Source: a virus
Virus record (IMG/VR): IMGVR_UViG_3300024955_000001
Location: 4,579-68,578 of that record
DNA length: 64,000 bases
Reading direction: 5' to 3' (one strand)
Within the stretch, counting starts at the first letter, position 1. The number at the start of each line of letters is the position of its first letter. Shown in pieces: positions 1 through 9,300 of this stretch. The position numbers and the translations under genes are program-made. The notes under the pieces are model-generated. The model made no database searches. It saw only the letters and a list, made by a program, of their open reading frames with translations, and had not been told where the DNA came from.

Positions 1-228
1 GCGCTCCAGCTCGCGCCGCATGATCTGCTGGCGCATGCGCTTCATCGGCAGCTCGTGCTTGATGTAGCCGTAAATCTGCACTGTCAACCAGGCAGCGGAC
101 AACACGCCCACGGCAAGGTTGACAACGCCAAGGAAGGTGCCAATCCCAAGGAAGGCGGCCAGCCAGTTGACGATGGTCTTGGCCGTCATGGCGTTTTCGG
201 GGTGCAGGATCTGGTCTTTCATGACCAT
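1..228 (-). CDS. putative holin-like small membrane protein (3' end runs off left edge)
   Basis: Own translation from ATG 228 (alt ATG 222): MVMKDQILHPENAMTAKTIVNWLAAFLGIGTFLGVVNLAVGVLSAAWLTVQIYGYIKHELPMKRMRQQIMRRELER... It has a ~35-aa hydrophobic stretch then a highly charged tail. It lies after the tail-fibre cluster, where lysis genes usually sit. No stop before nt 1. Confidence 0.45.
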   Translation of the reverse strand, partial: MVMKDQILHPENAMTAKTIVNWLAAFLGIGTFLGVVNLAVGVLSAAWLTVQIYGYIKHELPMKRMRQQIMRRELER

Positions 229-260
229 GGATCATTCCGGCGCGTCCCCAGTTGTCCCAA

Positions 261-272
261 CCCTATACAGGG
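261..272 (-). repeat. late-region motif copy (minus: CCCTGTATAGGG)
   Basis: Plus strand ccctatacaggg. 33 nt upstream of the holin-like ATG. Confidence 0.6.
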
Positions 273-290
273 CGGACAGAATGAAAGGCG

Positions 291-656
291 CTACGAAGGG
301 GTACCGCTGCTGCGCGAGGTGTAGCGCGGCTGGTTCGGCGGGTGGTACTCGCTCGGGTAGTTCTTGCGGTCGAACTCCTTGGTGTAGGCGTTCTTGCAAT
401 GGTCCGGGCCCTGCCAAAAGAACAGGAGGTTGATGATGGGCATGAACAACTTGCCCAGCACCTTCCCGTCGCGGTGAGCGCGGTACGCGCGCGCAGACAG
501 CGTTTCGTCCGCGTAGCTCACAGTGCCGTCCAGCGGCGGGATCAGGGCATTGACGAGCTGATCCACGCCAATGAACACCTGCTGCCCGTAGGCGAGAGCC
601 AGTGCAGCGATGCGTTTAAGCCGACCGGGCGGCGTCGAACTGGAAACCTGCGTCAT
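291..656 (-). CDS. hypothetical phage protein
   Basis: ORF track, 121 aa, between the fibre-assembly gene and the holin-like gene. It overlaps the upstream ORF by 41 nt, so the start is uncertain. No motif recognised. Confidence 0.45.
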   Translation of the reverse strand: MTQVSSSTPPGRLKRIAALALAYGQQVFIGVDQLVNALIPPLDGTVSYADETLSARAYRAHRDGKVLGKLFMPIINLLFFWQGPDHCKNAYTKEFDRKNYPSEYHPPNQPRYTSRSSGTPS

Positions 657-1221
657 TTGCTTCGTCCTCGATAGATGCGGGCCAACCCCCGCTGTAGTCG
701 TAGCTGCCCGGGTCTGGGCTCGCTTCCATGGTCATCCGGTGGATCTCAGCCGCCATGAAAATGGCTGAGTCGCTGGCCGCCGTGGCCTGCACGATCTGGA
801 TTGCCAGATCACGGGTCATCACCACAAACACGGGTTGGGGGACGAACGTCAGCGTCTTCCACTGCAGCCCGGGCGGAATCACGAGCGTGGCCGAGGTCAG
901 CGCGAGCTGCTGGATGCGGCTCTTCTCGTCGCTGTGGAACCAGTGCGCCCCGACCTTGACGCCCAGGGCAGCGCGGCGGTCGCGCTCGGCTTTGATGGCC
1001 TCCCAGGCTGCGGCGCGGCGCTGCTCGATTGGCGGCGAGACATAGGACGCCTCCACCTCTGCAATCAGTGCCTCGTATGGAGCAGCCTGATCGCCCAGCA
1101 CGGCGCGCAGTTGTCTCATGGCCGAATTGGAGTAGCCGTGGCGCAACTCCCCCTCGGCAGTGCTCCAAACTAGTTCAATGGATGGCGGGTCATCGCTCTT
1201 GAGTACATCAATGAGGATCAT
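616..1221 (-). CDS. tail-fibre assembly / DUF4376-like protein
   Basis: 201 aa. The segment AWEAIKAERDRRAALGVKVGAHWFHSDEKSRIQQLAL resembles the DUF4376 domain of phage fibre-assembly proteins. It lies immediately downstream of the fibre genes. Confidence 0.5.
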   Translation of the reverse strand: MILIDVLKSDDPPSIELVWSTAEGELRHGYSNSAMRQLRAVLGDQAAPYEALIAEVEASYVSPPIEQRRAAAWEAIKAERDRRAALGVKVGAHWFHSDEKSRIQQLALTSATLVIPPGLQWKTLTFVPQPVFVVMTRDLAIQIVQATAASDSAIFMAAEIHRMTMEASPDPGSYDYSGGWPASIEDEANDAGFQFDAARSA

Positions 1222-1223
1222 GG

Positions 1224-1844
1224 TCAGTACCCAGATGCGGTCCCGACAGTGCGGGCAAATGTGTTGCTCAATGCCTCATAGGCGCCATTTGTTGCGTTGA
1301 GCGTCACCTGCTGCGATGTCCACCCCTCCCCGGCACCGGAGCCCATGCTGACCCCGAAGTTCAGAATGCCCGAGCCAACCCCCGACCCTTGCGAGCTAAG
1401 CGGAAAATCGATGGCCGTGCCGTTCTGGATCGATGCCAGTAGGTGCACCTGGTAGGCGAATGAACTGGTGCCATCGGCATTCGGAAAGCGGATGTCAACA
1501 AACGTCTGGCCGTTGGTGCCGTTGTCAACGACGCGCCAAAGATACGGATGCGCGTGACCGTAGTTGTACGAGCCGAGCAGTTCCACTTTGAGGATGCCGG
1601 AGCCGTAAGCAGCGCCCTGCGTGGTTTTTGCAAACGTCACTTTCAGCATCACATGGCGCGTCGGGATGACCAGGTAGAACTCGGCCATGTAGCCAGCGTT
1701 TGAGTTCGACATGGAGCACAGCCGGTACCAATTCCCGGCGAATGGCAGTAGCGTGCCTGTGAGCACTTTGTTGGCCACGAGCACATTCGGGCCAGACATC
1801 ACATAGCCCTTATCGAACGAGAGATTGGCGCCGACGTGCTTCAT
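1224..1844 (-). CDS. tail-fibre distal subunit candidate
   Basis: Start moved to ATG 1844 (MKHVGANLSF...), giving an ATGA stop/start overlap with the upstream fibre gene. 206 aa, beta-rich composition. Confidence 0.5.
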   Translation of the reverse strand: MKHVGANLSFDKGYVMSGPNVLVANKVLTGTLLPFAGNWYRLCSMSNSNAGYMAEFYLVIPTRHVMLKVTFAKTTQGAAYGSGILKVELLGSYNYGHAHPYLWRVVDNGTNGQTFVDIRFPNADGTSSFAYQVHLLASIQNGTAIDFPLSSQGSGVGSGILNFGVSMGSGAGEGWTSQQVTLNATNGAYEALSNTFARTVGTASGY

Positions 1845-2569
1845 CAGGCCACCACAAAGACGCGATATTGACCAACGGTTGGCGCTGTGGAGAAAGTGAG
1901 CTGGATCGTGTTGACCCCATTGGCCACCCAGTCGCACAGCACACCGGCATCGCTACTGACCTCTCGCACGCTCACGGAAACGTCCTTGGTGTTCAGGTTG
2001 TGGGTGACGGTGATGGTCGTGGCGGTGCCGTCACCAACAGTCGCACCCACTTTGCGCGCCACCACCGCAGTGTCGATGGCAATCACGCCGCCAGTGATGG
2101 CGGCAATGCCCAGCCCTGCCGTGTAGCTGGTGCCTCCGCCCACCTGCACCCAGACCAGCGCCGTAGTGCCCAGCGTGATGGGCGCATCGGTGGTCATCTT
2201 GAACTGGGCGTTGCCGTTGGTGGTGCCCTCGGACACGAACACCGTGGCTCCAAGCACCTCGGCGGCAATATCGAAGTCGGTGGCACGGGTCCAGCTGCCC
2301 GAGGCTGCCACGTAGATGCCGTTGGCGGAGCCGCTGGACTGGTCTTTCACCAGCACGCGGTCCCCAGCCACCACGCTCACGCCATCGATGGTCTGGGCGC
2401 CCGACAGGGTGATGTTGGCCGTGGTTGCCGCGCGCACTGGCTCTTTCCACTTGAAGCCCTGGGCCTGGGCATCGAGCTGGGCCTTCGTCACCGCGTCTTG
2501 CGGGTTCACAGCGTCCTGCAAATTCGCCAGGCGGTTGCCGTTGGCGTCAAAGATATTGGTAATTTTCAT
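1844..2569 (-). CDS. tail fibre protein
   Basis: 241 aa. The N-terminus MKITNIFDANGNRLANLQDAVNPQDAVTKAQLD is the classic phage tail-fibre N-terminal motif. The remainder is Gly/Thr/Val-rich. Confidence 0.7.
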   Translation of the reverse strand: MKITNIFDANGNRLANLQDAVNPQDAVTKAQLDAQAQGFKWKEPVRAATTANITLSGAQTIDGVSVVAGDRVLVKDQSSGSANGIYVAASGSWTRATDFDIAAEVLGATVFVSEGTTNGNAQFKMTTDAPITLGTTALVWVQVGGGTSYTAGLGIAAITGGVIAIDTAVVARKVGATVGDGTATTITVTHNLNTKDVSVSVREVSSDAGVLCDWVANGVNTIQLTFSTAPTVGQYRVFVVA

Positions 2570-2580
2570 GGTCTGATTCC

Positions 2581-2931
2581 TCAGTTGCAGTAGGCGTAGC
2601 CGATGTAGGGCGCCCCGTGGGTAACCTGCACGATGTCGGCGTCCACATACAGAACGTCAGCGGCGAGCAGATTGCCCAGGTGGTCAGTGACCGCGACGGA
2701 AGGGCGCCGCGACAAGTTGTGAGCCACTGTCCAGACAGCGGAAGGGATTGCCTGCGTGTGGGTGTATGTGGCACCGCCAGCTGGTCCCGGCGGGCCAGGA
2801 GGTCCTGGGGGGCCCTGCTCTGCAACAGCCACAACCTCCGTAATCTCAACCTCGTCAACGACAGTGCTTTCAACCTCGTCGATGACAACATCGGTCAGCA
2901 CTTCCTCAACGCAAGCGCAGTTAGACGACAT
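2581..2931 (-). CDS. short collagen-like repeat protein (fibre/whisker component?)
   Basis: 116 aa. Acidic V/E-rich N-terminus, then GPPGPPGPPGPAGG (nt 2776-2814). Confidence 0.55.
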   Translation of the reverse strand: MSSNCACVEEVLTDVVIDEVESTVVDEVEITEVVAVAEQGPPGPPGPPGPAGGATYTHTQAIPSAVWTVAHNLSRRPSVAVTDHLGNLLAADVLYVDADIVQVTHGAPYIGYAYCN

Positions 2932-3265
2932 GGGTTGAACCTTCGCGGATGCCTACGCTGCCAGCGGCAAACGGAGTGACATCGCCGCCTGGATGGTCGA
3001 TCAGCAAGTCATAGGTGCCCCGCTCCCAATTGATAGCGCCTGTGACTTCGTCAGGGACAACGAGGTCCACCGTTCCATTCACACCGCCGAGAGTGATGAA
3101 GGCGGTCAAATCGAGCAGCAGTGCGCCTTCATCAGAACGGATCTGCATACGCGCTCCGCACCCTGTCAGGTCCACAGGGGTCCCGCTAGGCGTCTTCCAG
3201 CGCCAGCGCTTTCTGTAAGTGCCGCGCTTGTAGATCGTGAGGTTGCTCTTGATCGGCGTGTTCAT
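2921..3265 (-). CDS. hypothetical virion-associated protein
   Basis: The ORF-track start 3301 is TTG. The first ATG (MNTPIKSNLTIY...) is at 3265, giving 114 aa. That ATG lies inside a 12-bp hairpin. Confidence 0.5.
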   Translation of the reverse strand: MNTPIKSNLTIYKRGTYRKRWRWKTPSGTPVDLTGCGARMQIRSDEGALLLDLTAFITLGGVNGTVDLVVPDEVTGAINWERGTYDLLIDHPGGDVTPFAAGSVGIREGSTHVV

Positions 3266-3294
3266 GCCCTGCAGTTTTCCGGCTGCAGGGCATG
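3263..3294 (-). promoter_or_regulatory. perfect 12-bp hairpin sequestering the start codon of the gene after the giant ORF
   Basis: catgccctgcag-ttttccgg-ctgcagggcatg. On the mRNA, the 3' arm ends in the AUG at 3265. Confidence 0.5.
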
Positions 3295-3302
3295 TGGACA
3301 AA

Positions 3303-3314
3303 CCCTATACCGGG
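3303..3314 (-). repeat. late-region motif copy (minus: CCCGGTATAGGG)
   Basis: Abuts the TAA stop of the giant gene. 37 nt upstream of the next ATG. Confidence 0.6.
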
Positions 3315-6300
3315 TTACCCGTTCTCTCGTGCCATATCCCGCATCTGCTGGCGCAGCGCCTTGGGCGCCGTGTCTGCGATCCGGGCGGTGCGGTCCTTGC
3401 CCATTTCGCGCACGCGCTTCATCACGTCCGGGATCTTCACCACGATGGGCTGGTCTGGGTTGTTGCGGTTCCAGGCCGCCAGGCGGTCGCGCACCCGCTG
3501 CAGGGCATCGTCATCCTTCTCAAAGACAGCCTGCGCCCACTGCGCCTTGATGTCATTGCTGGTCTGGATGTAGAAGCTCTTGGAGCGCTGCATGAAGGAG
3601 TTGGCCTCCTGCACCTCTGCGACGGGCTTGGGCTGGAAGCCGATGGCCTTGGCAATCGCCTCGTCCAAGGTCGTGTCGATGACCTTGTAGCCCTTGGCGT
3701 CCTTGTAGATGCCGCTGGTCCCCATGTCGATGCCTTTGGCCAGGTTGCGCACCGCCGCTGGGGACACCTCCAGCGCCGCGCCGGCTACGTCGCCAGTCAG
3801 CAGCTTGCGCGCCCCAGTGAAGCCGCGCGCCACCAAGTCGCCCGCTGGGCCGGCCACCTCCAGCAGATCCCGCTCGCGGTTCTGCTTGGACAGCAGCAGG
3901 CCGGTACCGGGGATCAGGTTGCCCATGCCCAGGCGGCCCGACACGTCGATGGGGGCGCCAGGCAAGCCGGACACGCCCTGCTCCATGAAGTCGGCCAGCT
4001 CCTTGCCCACCACATCGCGCAGCGCCTGCTTGCGCCAGTGCTTGGTGCTGATGTTGTAGCCCATGAGCTGGCCGGCGCCGTCGATCAGATCCTCGGCGTC
4101 TTCCATGAACGGTAGGCCACCAGCACCACCCATCAGCAGCAGCATGGCCACTGCCCATCCCACAGCACGCTTGCCCTCGGGGCCTCCCTGTGTCCACATG
4201 CGGTGCATCAGCTCCAGATAGCTGACCGAATAGGTCTTGAAGGTGAACAGCGTTCCGCCGATGGTGCCGCGCGCCCACTTCGGCTTGTTGGCCTTGGAAT
4301 ACACGAACTGCGTTTCCTGCACGGCGCGCTCGGCAAACTTCGCCGGATCGGCCATGCCCTGCTCCTTGGCGATGCGATAGGCGGCAATGAAGGTGCTGCG
4401 GCGGTTGAACTGCTCGGCCAGGGCGAAGGGCTGGCCCCATGCCACCTTGACGCGCTCCCAGTTGTTGGCCGCCGCAGCGCGGGCGTCGCCCAGCTTGGTA
4501 CCGTCACCGGTGCGCAGCGAACCCGCGCCCCGGGCCTGCGCCATCAGCTGGTGGATTTCCTGGGGCGACACGATGCCCTCGGCCTCGGCCGTTTGCAGCG
4601 CCTTGGCCAGGTCTGGCTCGTAGCCGCTGCGGCGGGTCATGTCGCGCACTGCAGCAGCCAGGTGCGAGGCGGCGCTGCGCATGCCCCCGAACTGGGACAG
4701 CCAGGGCATGGTGATCTGGAATGGCTGGGTCATGTTGACCATGGCCGAAGCTACAGAGCCGCCCAGGTATTGCGCGAACAACATGCCGCGTACGGCTTGG
4801 CCTTCCTCCTGGGGATCTTGGATGTAACTGCGCAGGCCCATGGCCACGTCGCGCAGCTCGCCCTGCTCCTTCGGGATGCCCTCGATGGCGGTTTCCAGCG
4901 TGCCCGCGTTCAGCCCCCCGGCCGCCAGGCGGGCATTGGAGTACACGAAGCTGGCCAGCACCCGGCCCACGTCCTCGCTGTATCCGCTGATGCCCTTGCG
5001 GTGGATCAGGCGCTTGAGCGCGCTGTGGTTGTTCTTGGCCAGCTGCAGGTAGGCCTGGAATGCCTTGTCCTTCGGGTCCGTGCCCTCACCGCTCAGGCCC
5101 AGCATTTGGCCGAAGTGCTCAAGGCTTTCCGGGGTGATGCCCTGGAACAGCTTGAATGCCTCGTCGCTCATGGTGCCCTGGGTGACTGTCGCGCCAGGGA
5201 ATTCCTTCTCCATGGCGGCCTTCATCTTGTTGGACTCGTACATCGACTCAAACATGCCGAAATACTCGCGCGTGCCGTCCTTGCCCACCACGTCCACGGT
5301 GTAGCGGCCGAAGCGCGACAGCGGCGCGTAGCCGGCCTCCATCAGCGCCCGGGCGCGCTCGTAGCTCTTCACCACGGCGTTGTTCAGGCTCAGGATGCGG
5401 TCGGCCTGGTCGGGGGACTCGCGGGCTTCGGCCTGCAGCGTGTCCGTGATGAGCACCATCGCGTCTTCCACGGTGGCCTGGGCCAGGACCGCCTCGCGCA
5501 GATCGGCATAGCCGGCGCCCATGGCGCGCAGCATGTCGGCACGTGCGGTCATGTCCAGCGAGCGATCAATCGCGGCCCGCGCTTCCTGGTACAGGCTCAC
5601 CTGCTGGGCGTTCAGGCTGAACAAATCTTTCAGCTCTTTTTCACTCCAGATCACGCCCGGCTTGAGGATAGTGCTATCAAATTTGTTATTGATGATGGTG
5701 TTGTACTGATCCACCGGCAGGCCGCGCCACGCCTTGAGCATCTGCTCCTGGATCTTGCCGGTGCGCAGCAGGATCTGCGCCTTCTCATCAGGCGTGGTGT
5801 TGCGGTACTTCGCATTCAGGGCCTCGGTGGTCACGGGCGTGCCGTCCACATCGCGCGCCCACAGCAGCGTGCCCTCAAACAATGGCTTGGCCACAGCCTG
5901 GTTGTCGGCAGCGGTGATGGGCTTTTTCTTGAGGTCGGCCAGCGTCTCCACCCGGGGCAGCAGGCGCGGCGCGCGGTCGGCGGCGTCGTTGCCCAGCATG
6001 GACACGTCATCAATGAAACGCTGCGCCGCTTCGTACACCGGCTTGAACACCGGCGAGCGCTCGGCCAGGTTGCGCATGGTGCCCACGGTCTTGTCCCACA
6101 GAGACACCTTGCCAGGATGGGTCAGCGTCTGGTGGATCTGCGCCAGTGCACTGTCTTTCAGGTCGGCCGTGCTGGAACGGCTGAAACGGATATCCGGGTC
6201 AGCGCTGCCAGCGTCGCTTGCACGGCTCATCACCGGCTGGCCACCACGCGGCCCCCCGCCCGGCCCGCCGCGCACCACCCAGCCGCGTGCCGGCAGGATG

Positions 6301-9300
6301 TACGCTTGAATGATGTCGTTGTCCGTCAGGCGCAGACTTTGGAAGCCTGGCACGTGCTGGCGCAGGAAGTTGCGAATGGCGGAAATCGCCCGTTGCACAA
6401 AGGGCAGTTGGGGGGTCTTCTCGGCCATTTCTGCCAGAACTTCCTCAGCCGCTTCGCGCACGCTCAGGCTGTTCACCCCGCGCAGGCCGTATTCCCGCAT
6501 CTTGGCGGCAACCTCGGCTTTGCGCATGGTAGCAAGCTGGTTCAGCACCTGATCCAGGTCGCGGCCGAACTTGCCGCGCAGCCCGTGGTGGCCCAGCACC
6601 TCGTGGTACAGCACGCGCGCCGCGTCGTTGGGCGTGTTCAGGCGAGAGGCCATCAGGTAAGCCTTGCCACGGTAGTAGAAGCCCTCTGGCGCTCCGCGCG
6701 CACCGCCGCTGCGCTGGCGCAGGTCAGCATTTCGTGCAGCTTCGGGGATTCGCTGGTCCTGCATGTCGAAGGCCACCACCACCTCGGGCGCATTCGGGCC
6801 CCATGCGGCGCGGATGGCGTCCACTGTGCCGGACACTGAGGCGACAGCTTGGCGACGCGCGGCGTCGGAGTACACCGATGGTTGATCCATGGCCGCGAGG
6901 TAGGAGGCCATATCAAAATCGTCAGCCTGCGCAACACCAGCGGGAGCCTCGCGTCGGAATGCAGGCGCATCGCCCGCAGTTCCATCGCCCGCCTCGGATT
7001 CCTCGGGGGTCGTCGGGGCGGCACTTTGGGCCTTGCCTTCCAGCAGGCCCACCAGCTCACGCAGGCGCTCACGCTTGGCGGTCAGCTCCCCAGCCTTGGG
7101 GAACGTCTGGTTCAGCTGTTGGCGCAGCGCGGGCAGTTCTGCCTTCGCCCGCGCAAGCTGGCGCTCCAGGTAGTCAGTGCTGCTGTTGGCCAGGCGGCCA
7201 ATGTCATCGAACAGGTCTGTGACCAGGTTGCGCACGTTGGCCGGCACAACGGACTGGTTGACCGCGAACGAATTCAATCCCCGGCTGGTCACGGTGGCGC
7301 CGTCAGCGTCCACCAGCGACACCGAGGCGTCAATCTGGCCGCCACCCTTGCCGGTTTCGCGGGCCTGCGCGTCCAGCACCAGGTCATAGCCCAGCATGCT
7401 GCCCACGGTCGCGGTGCGCGAGTCGCCGGGCTGAATGCCCTTGGTCAGCTCGTTGAACTTGGCGGCCAGCTCACGCGCAGCAACGGTGTGCTGGGCGATC
7501 AGGCGCCCGTCAATGGTCACATCGAACAAGGATGAGTCACCAAGGGCAGCGCCAATCGCGGTGTCGATGCCGTCCTTGTTGGTCAGGCGCGCACCATCCA
7601 CAGAGATAGAGTACCGGGCCGTAGGCTTGCCGCCCTGCTGCTGCTCGATGGCCTCGTTCACGGCGGTCATCGCATCGCGCAGGTTGTCGTACTCCTTGCC
7701 CTCGATGGTCACACGGCGCTCTGCCTTGCGGGCGTCGGCCGCCTCCATGGCGGCGTTGGCCTTTTCCTTCTTGGCGCGCTCGTCGGCAATGCGGCCGGGA
7801 TTGCGCTCGATGGCGCGCTCCGCGCTCTCCACGGCATCCTCGATACCGAACATGCGGCGGCGGAATGCACGCTCCTGCAGCTCCAGCGTGGTGATCTCGG
7901 ATTCCGTCTTGACGCGCTCCAGCAGCAGGGGGTTGCCGGATGCCAGGGCCGCCATTTCGGCCATGCCCACGGCTTCCTCGTCATCGAACTCCATGGAAAA
8001 CGCGCCGTCGTACTTGCGAATGCCGTTGATGGTGCGCAGCTTGGTCGCGTTCAAGTCCCACATCTTGGCGTCCACCGTGCGCTCGGTGGCGTAGGCCAGG
8101 ATTTCCACCTCAAAGTCCGCGCGGAACATCGGGTTGGGCTTTTCAGCCGTTGGGGGCGTGCTGAACAGGTTACCTTGTCGGATCACCCGGCCCTCGCGCT
8201 GCTCGATGTCGCTGGGCTTCCAGGTCACGTCAACGTGGTGCAGAGCCACGGCACGCTGCTGCACGTTGGTACCTGCCCCCATGCGCGGGGTGGAGCCAAT
8301 CAGGACACGCACCTTGCCGCCGTTCACGCTGTCAAAGAGCGCGGCTTTCTGCTCATCGTTGTTGGCCTCCTGCACGAAGCGGATCTCGTTGGCCGGGATG
8401 CCAGTGGCGATCAGGTTGTCCTTGATCTGCTGGTAGGCGCTCCAGGGCGAGGTCTGCGCCTGGCGCAGCTCTGCAATCTCCCGGGGGTCGTAGCGGTCCA
8501 GGGCTTCCTGGGCTTCGTCAAAAGCCTCCTGGTCATCAGCGCGCAGCGCGGCGTCGCGCTTGGCCACCAAGTCGTCATAGGCCTTGATGATGGCGTCATC
8601 GCCCTTGGACTTCGGCACGGAACGGTCGAGGAACACCAGCTGCGTGCCCTGGTCGGCATCCCACTTGTCGTAGATGCGCTTGATGTTCTCGCTCACTACC
8701 TGCAGCTTCCCGCCTTCCTCGGTGCTGGTGCTGCGAGGGTCAACGGCGCGGATGTCCAGGGACAGCTTGCGCGCCCGGTCCATCAGGCGCAGGCGCTCGG
8801 CGTTGCGCTCATAGGGGTCTTCGATGCCGTCCAGGCCATCGAAGCCTTCCATCACATCTTTGAGGCCCTGCTCCTGGGCGGGGGTGGGCTTGATCGCCAC
8901 CAGGTTGCGGTCTTTGCCCCCTGCCACCTTCGGCACTGGGAACTCGCGGCCTGGATTGTCCTCGGCGTAGAAGCGCTTGATGTCATCCAGGCTCACCGCA
9001 TCGGTGACTTGGTAATACAAGTCCATCAGCGAACGCATGTTCGACCAGGTGCGGCCCAAGCGCGTGACCTGCTTGAGGCGGCCCGATTCGGTAGGCTCAA
9101 ACGCTGGCGTTGCCTCCACGAACTGCGCGCGGAAGGCATCGAAGTGGGACAGGCCCATGTCATCCAGCGAGTCGGCTGCCAGGTAGCGCAGCATCGTGAA
9201 CATTTCCACGGCGCTGTTGCTGATGGGCGTGCCCGTCAGGAAGGTGACGCTGCCCGTAGGCTGCTCGCGCAGCACGCGCACCTTGTTGTAAAGGTCGTTG

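Noticed and set aside
2776-2814. The collagen-like GPP repeats as a sign of a long collagen-triple-helix fibre or contingency locus.
   Set aside because: Only about four Gly-X-Y triplets in a 116-aa protein. That is too short for a hypervariable repeat tract, so it is treated as a minor trimerisation element.
1224-3301. Possible diversity-generating retroelement or variable repeat in the tail-fibre genes, as in BPP-1-like phages.
   Set aside because: No reverse transcriptase ORF anywhere in the window, and I found no template/variable repeat pair by eye.
6585-6605. LYHEVLGHHG as a definite HExxH zinc metallopeptidase active site.
   Set aside because: The spacing is HExxxH/HExxGHH, not canonical HExxH. 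It resembles what I recall of polyvalent-protein metallopeptidase-like domains, but that needs an HMM search. It is reported only as a motif.
4203-6839. Very long plus-strand ORFs antisense to structural genes (4203-6839, 8175-11492, 18272-21895, 32111-34630, 21974-23776).
   Set aside because: Their translations are R/A/G/H/L-rich junk typical of stop-poor antisense frames in high-GC DNA. They lack RBS and start context and fully overlap well-supported minus-strand genes.
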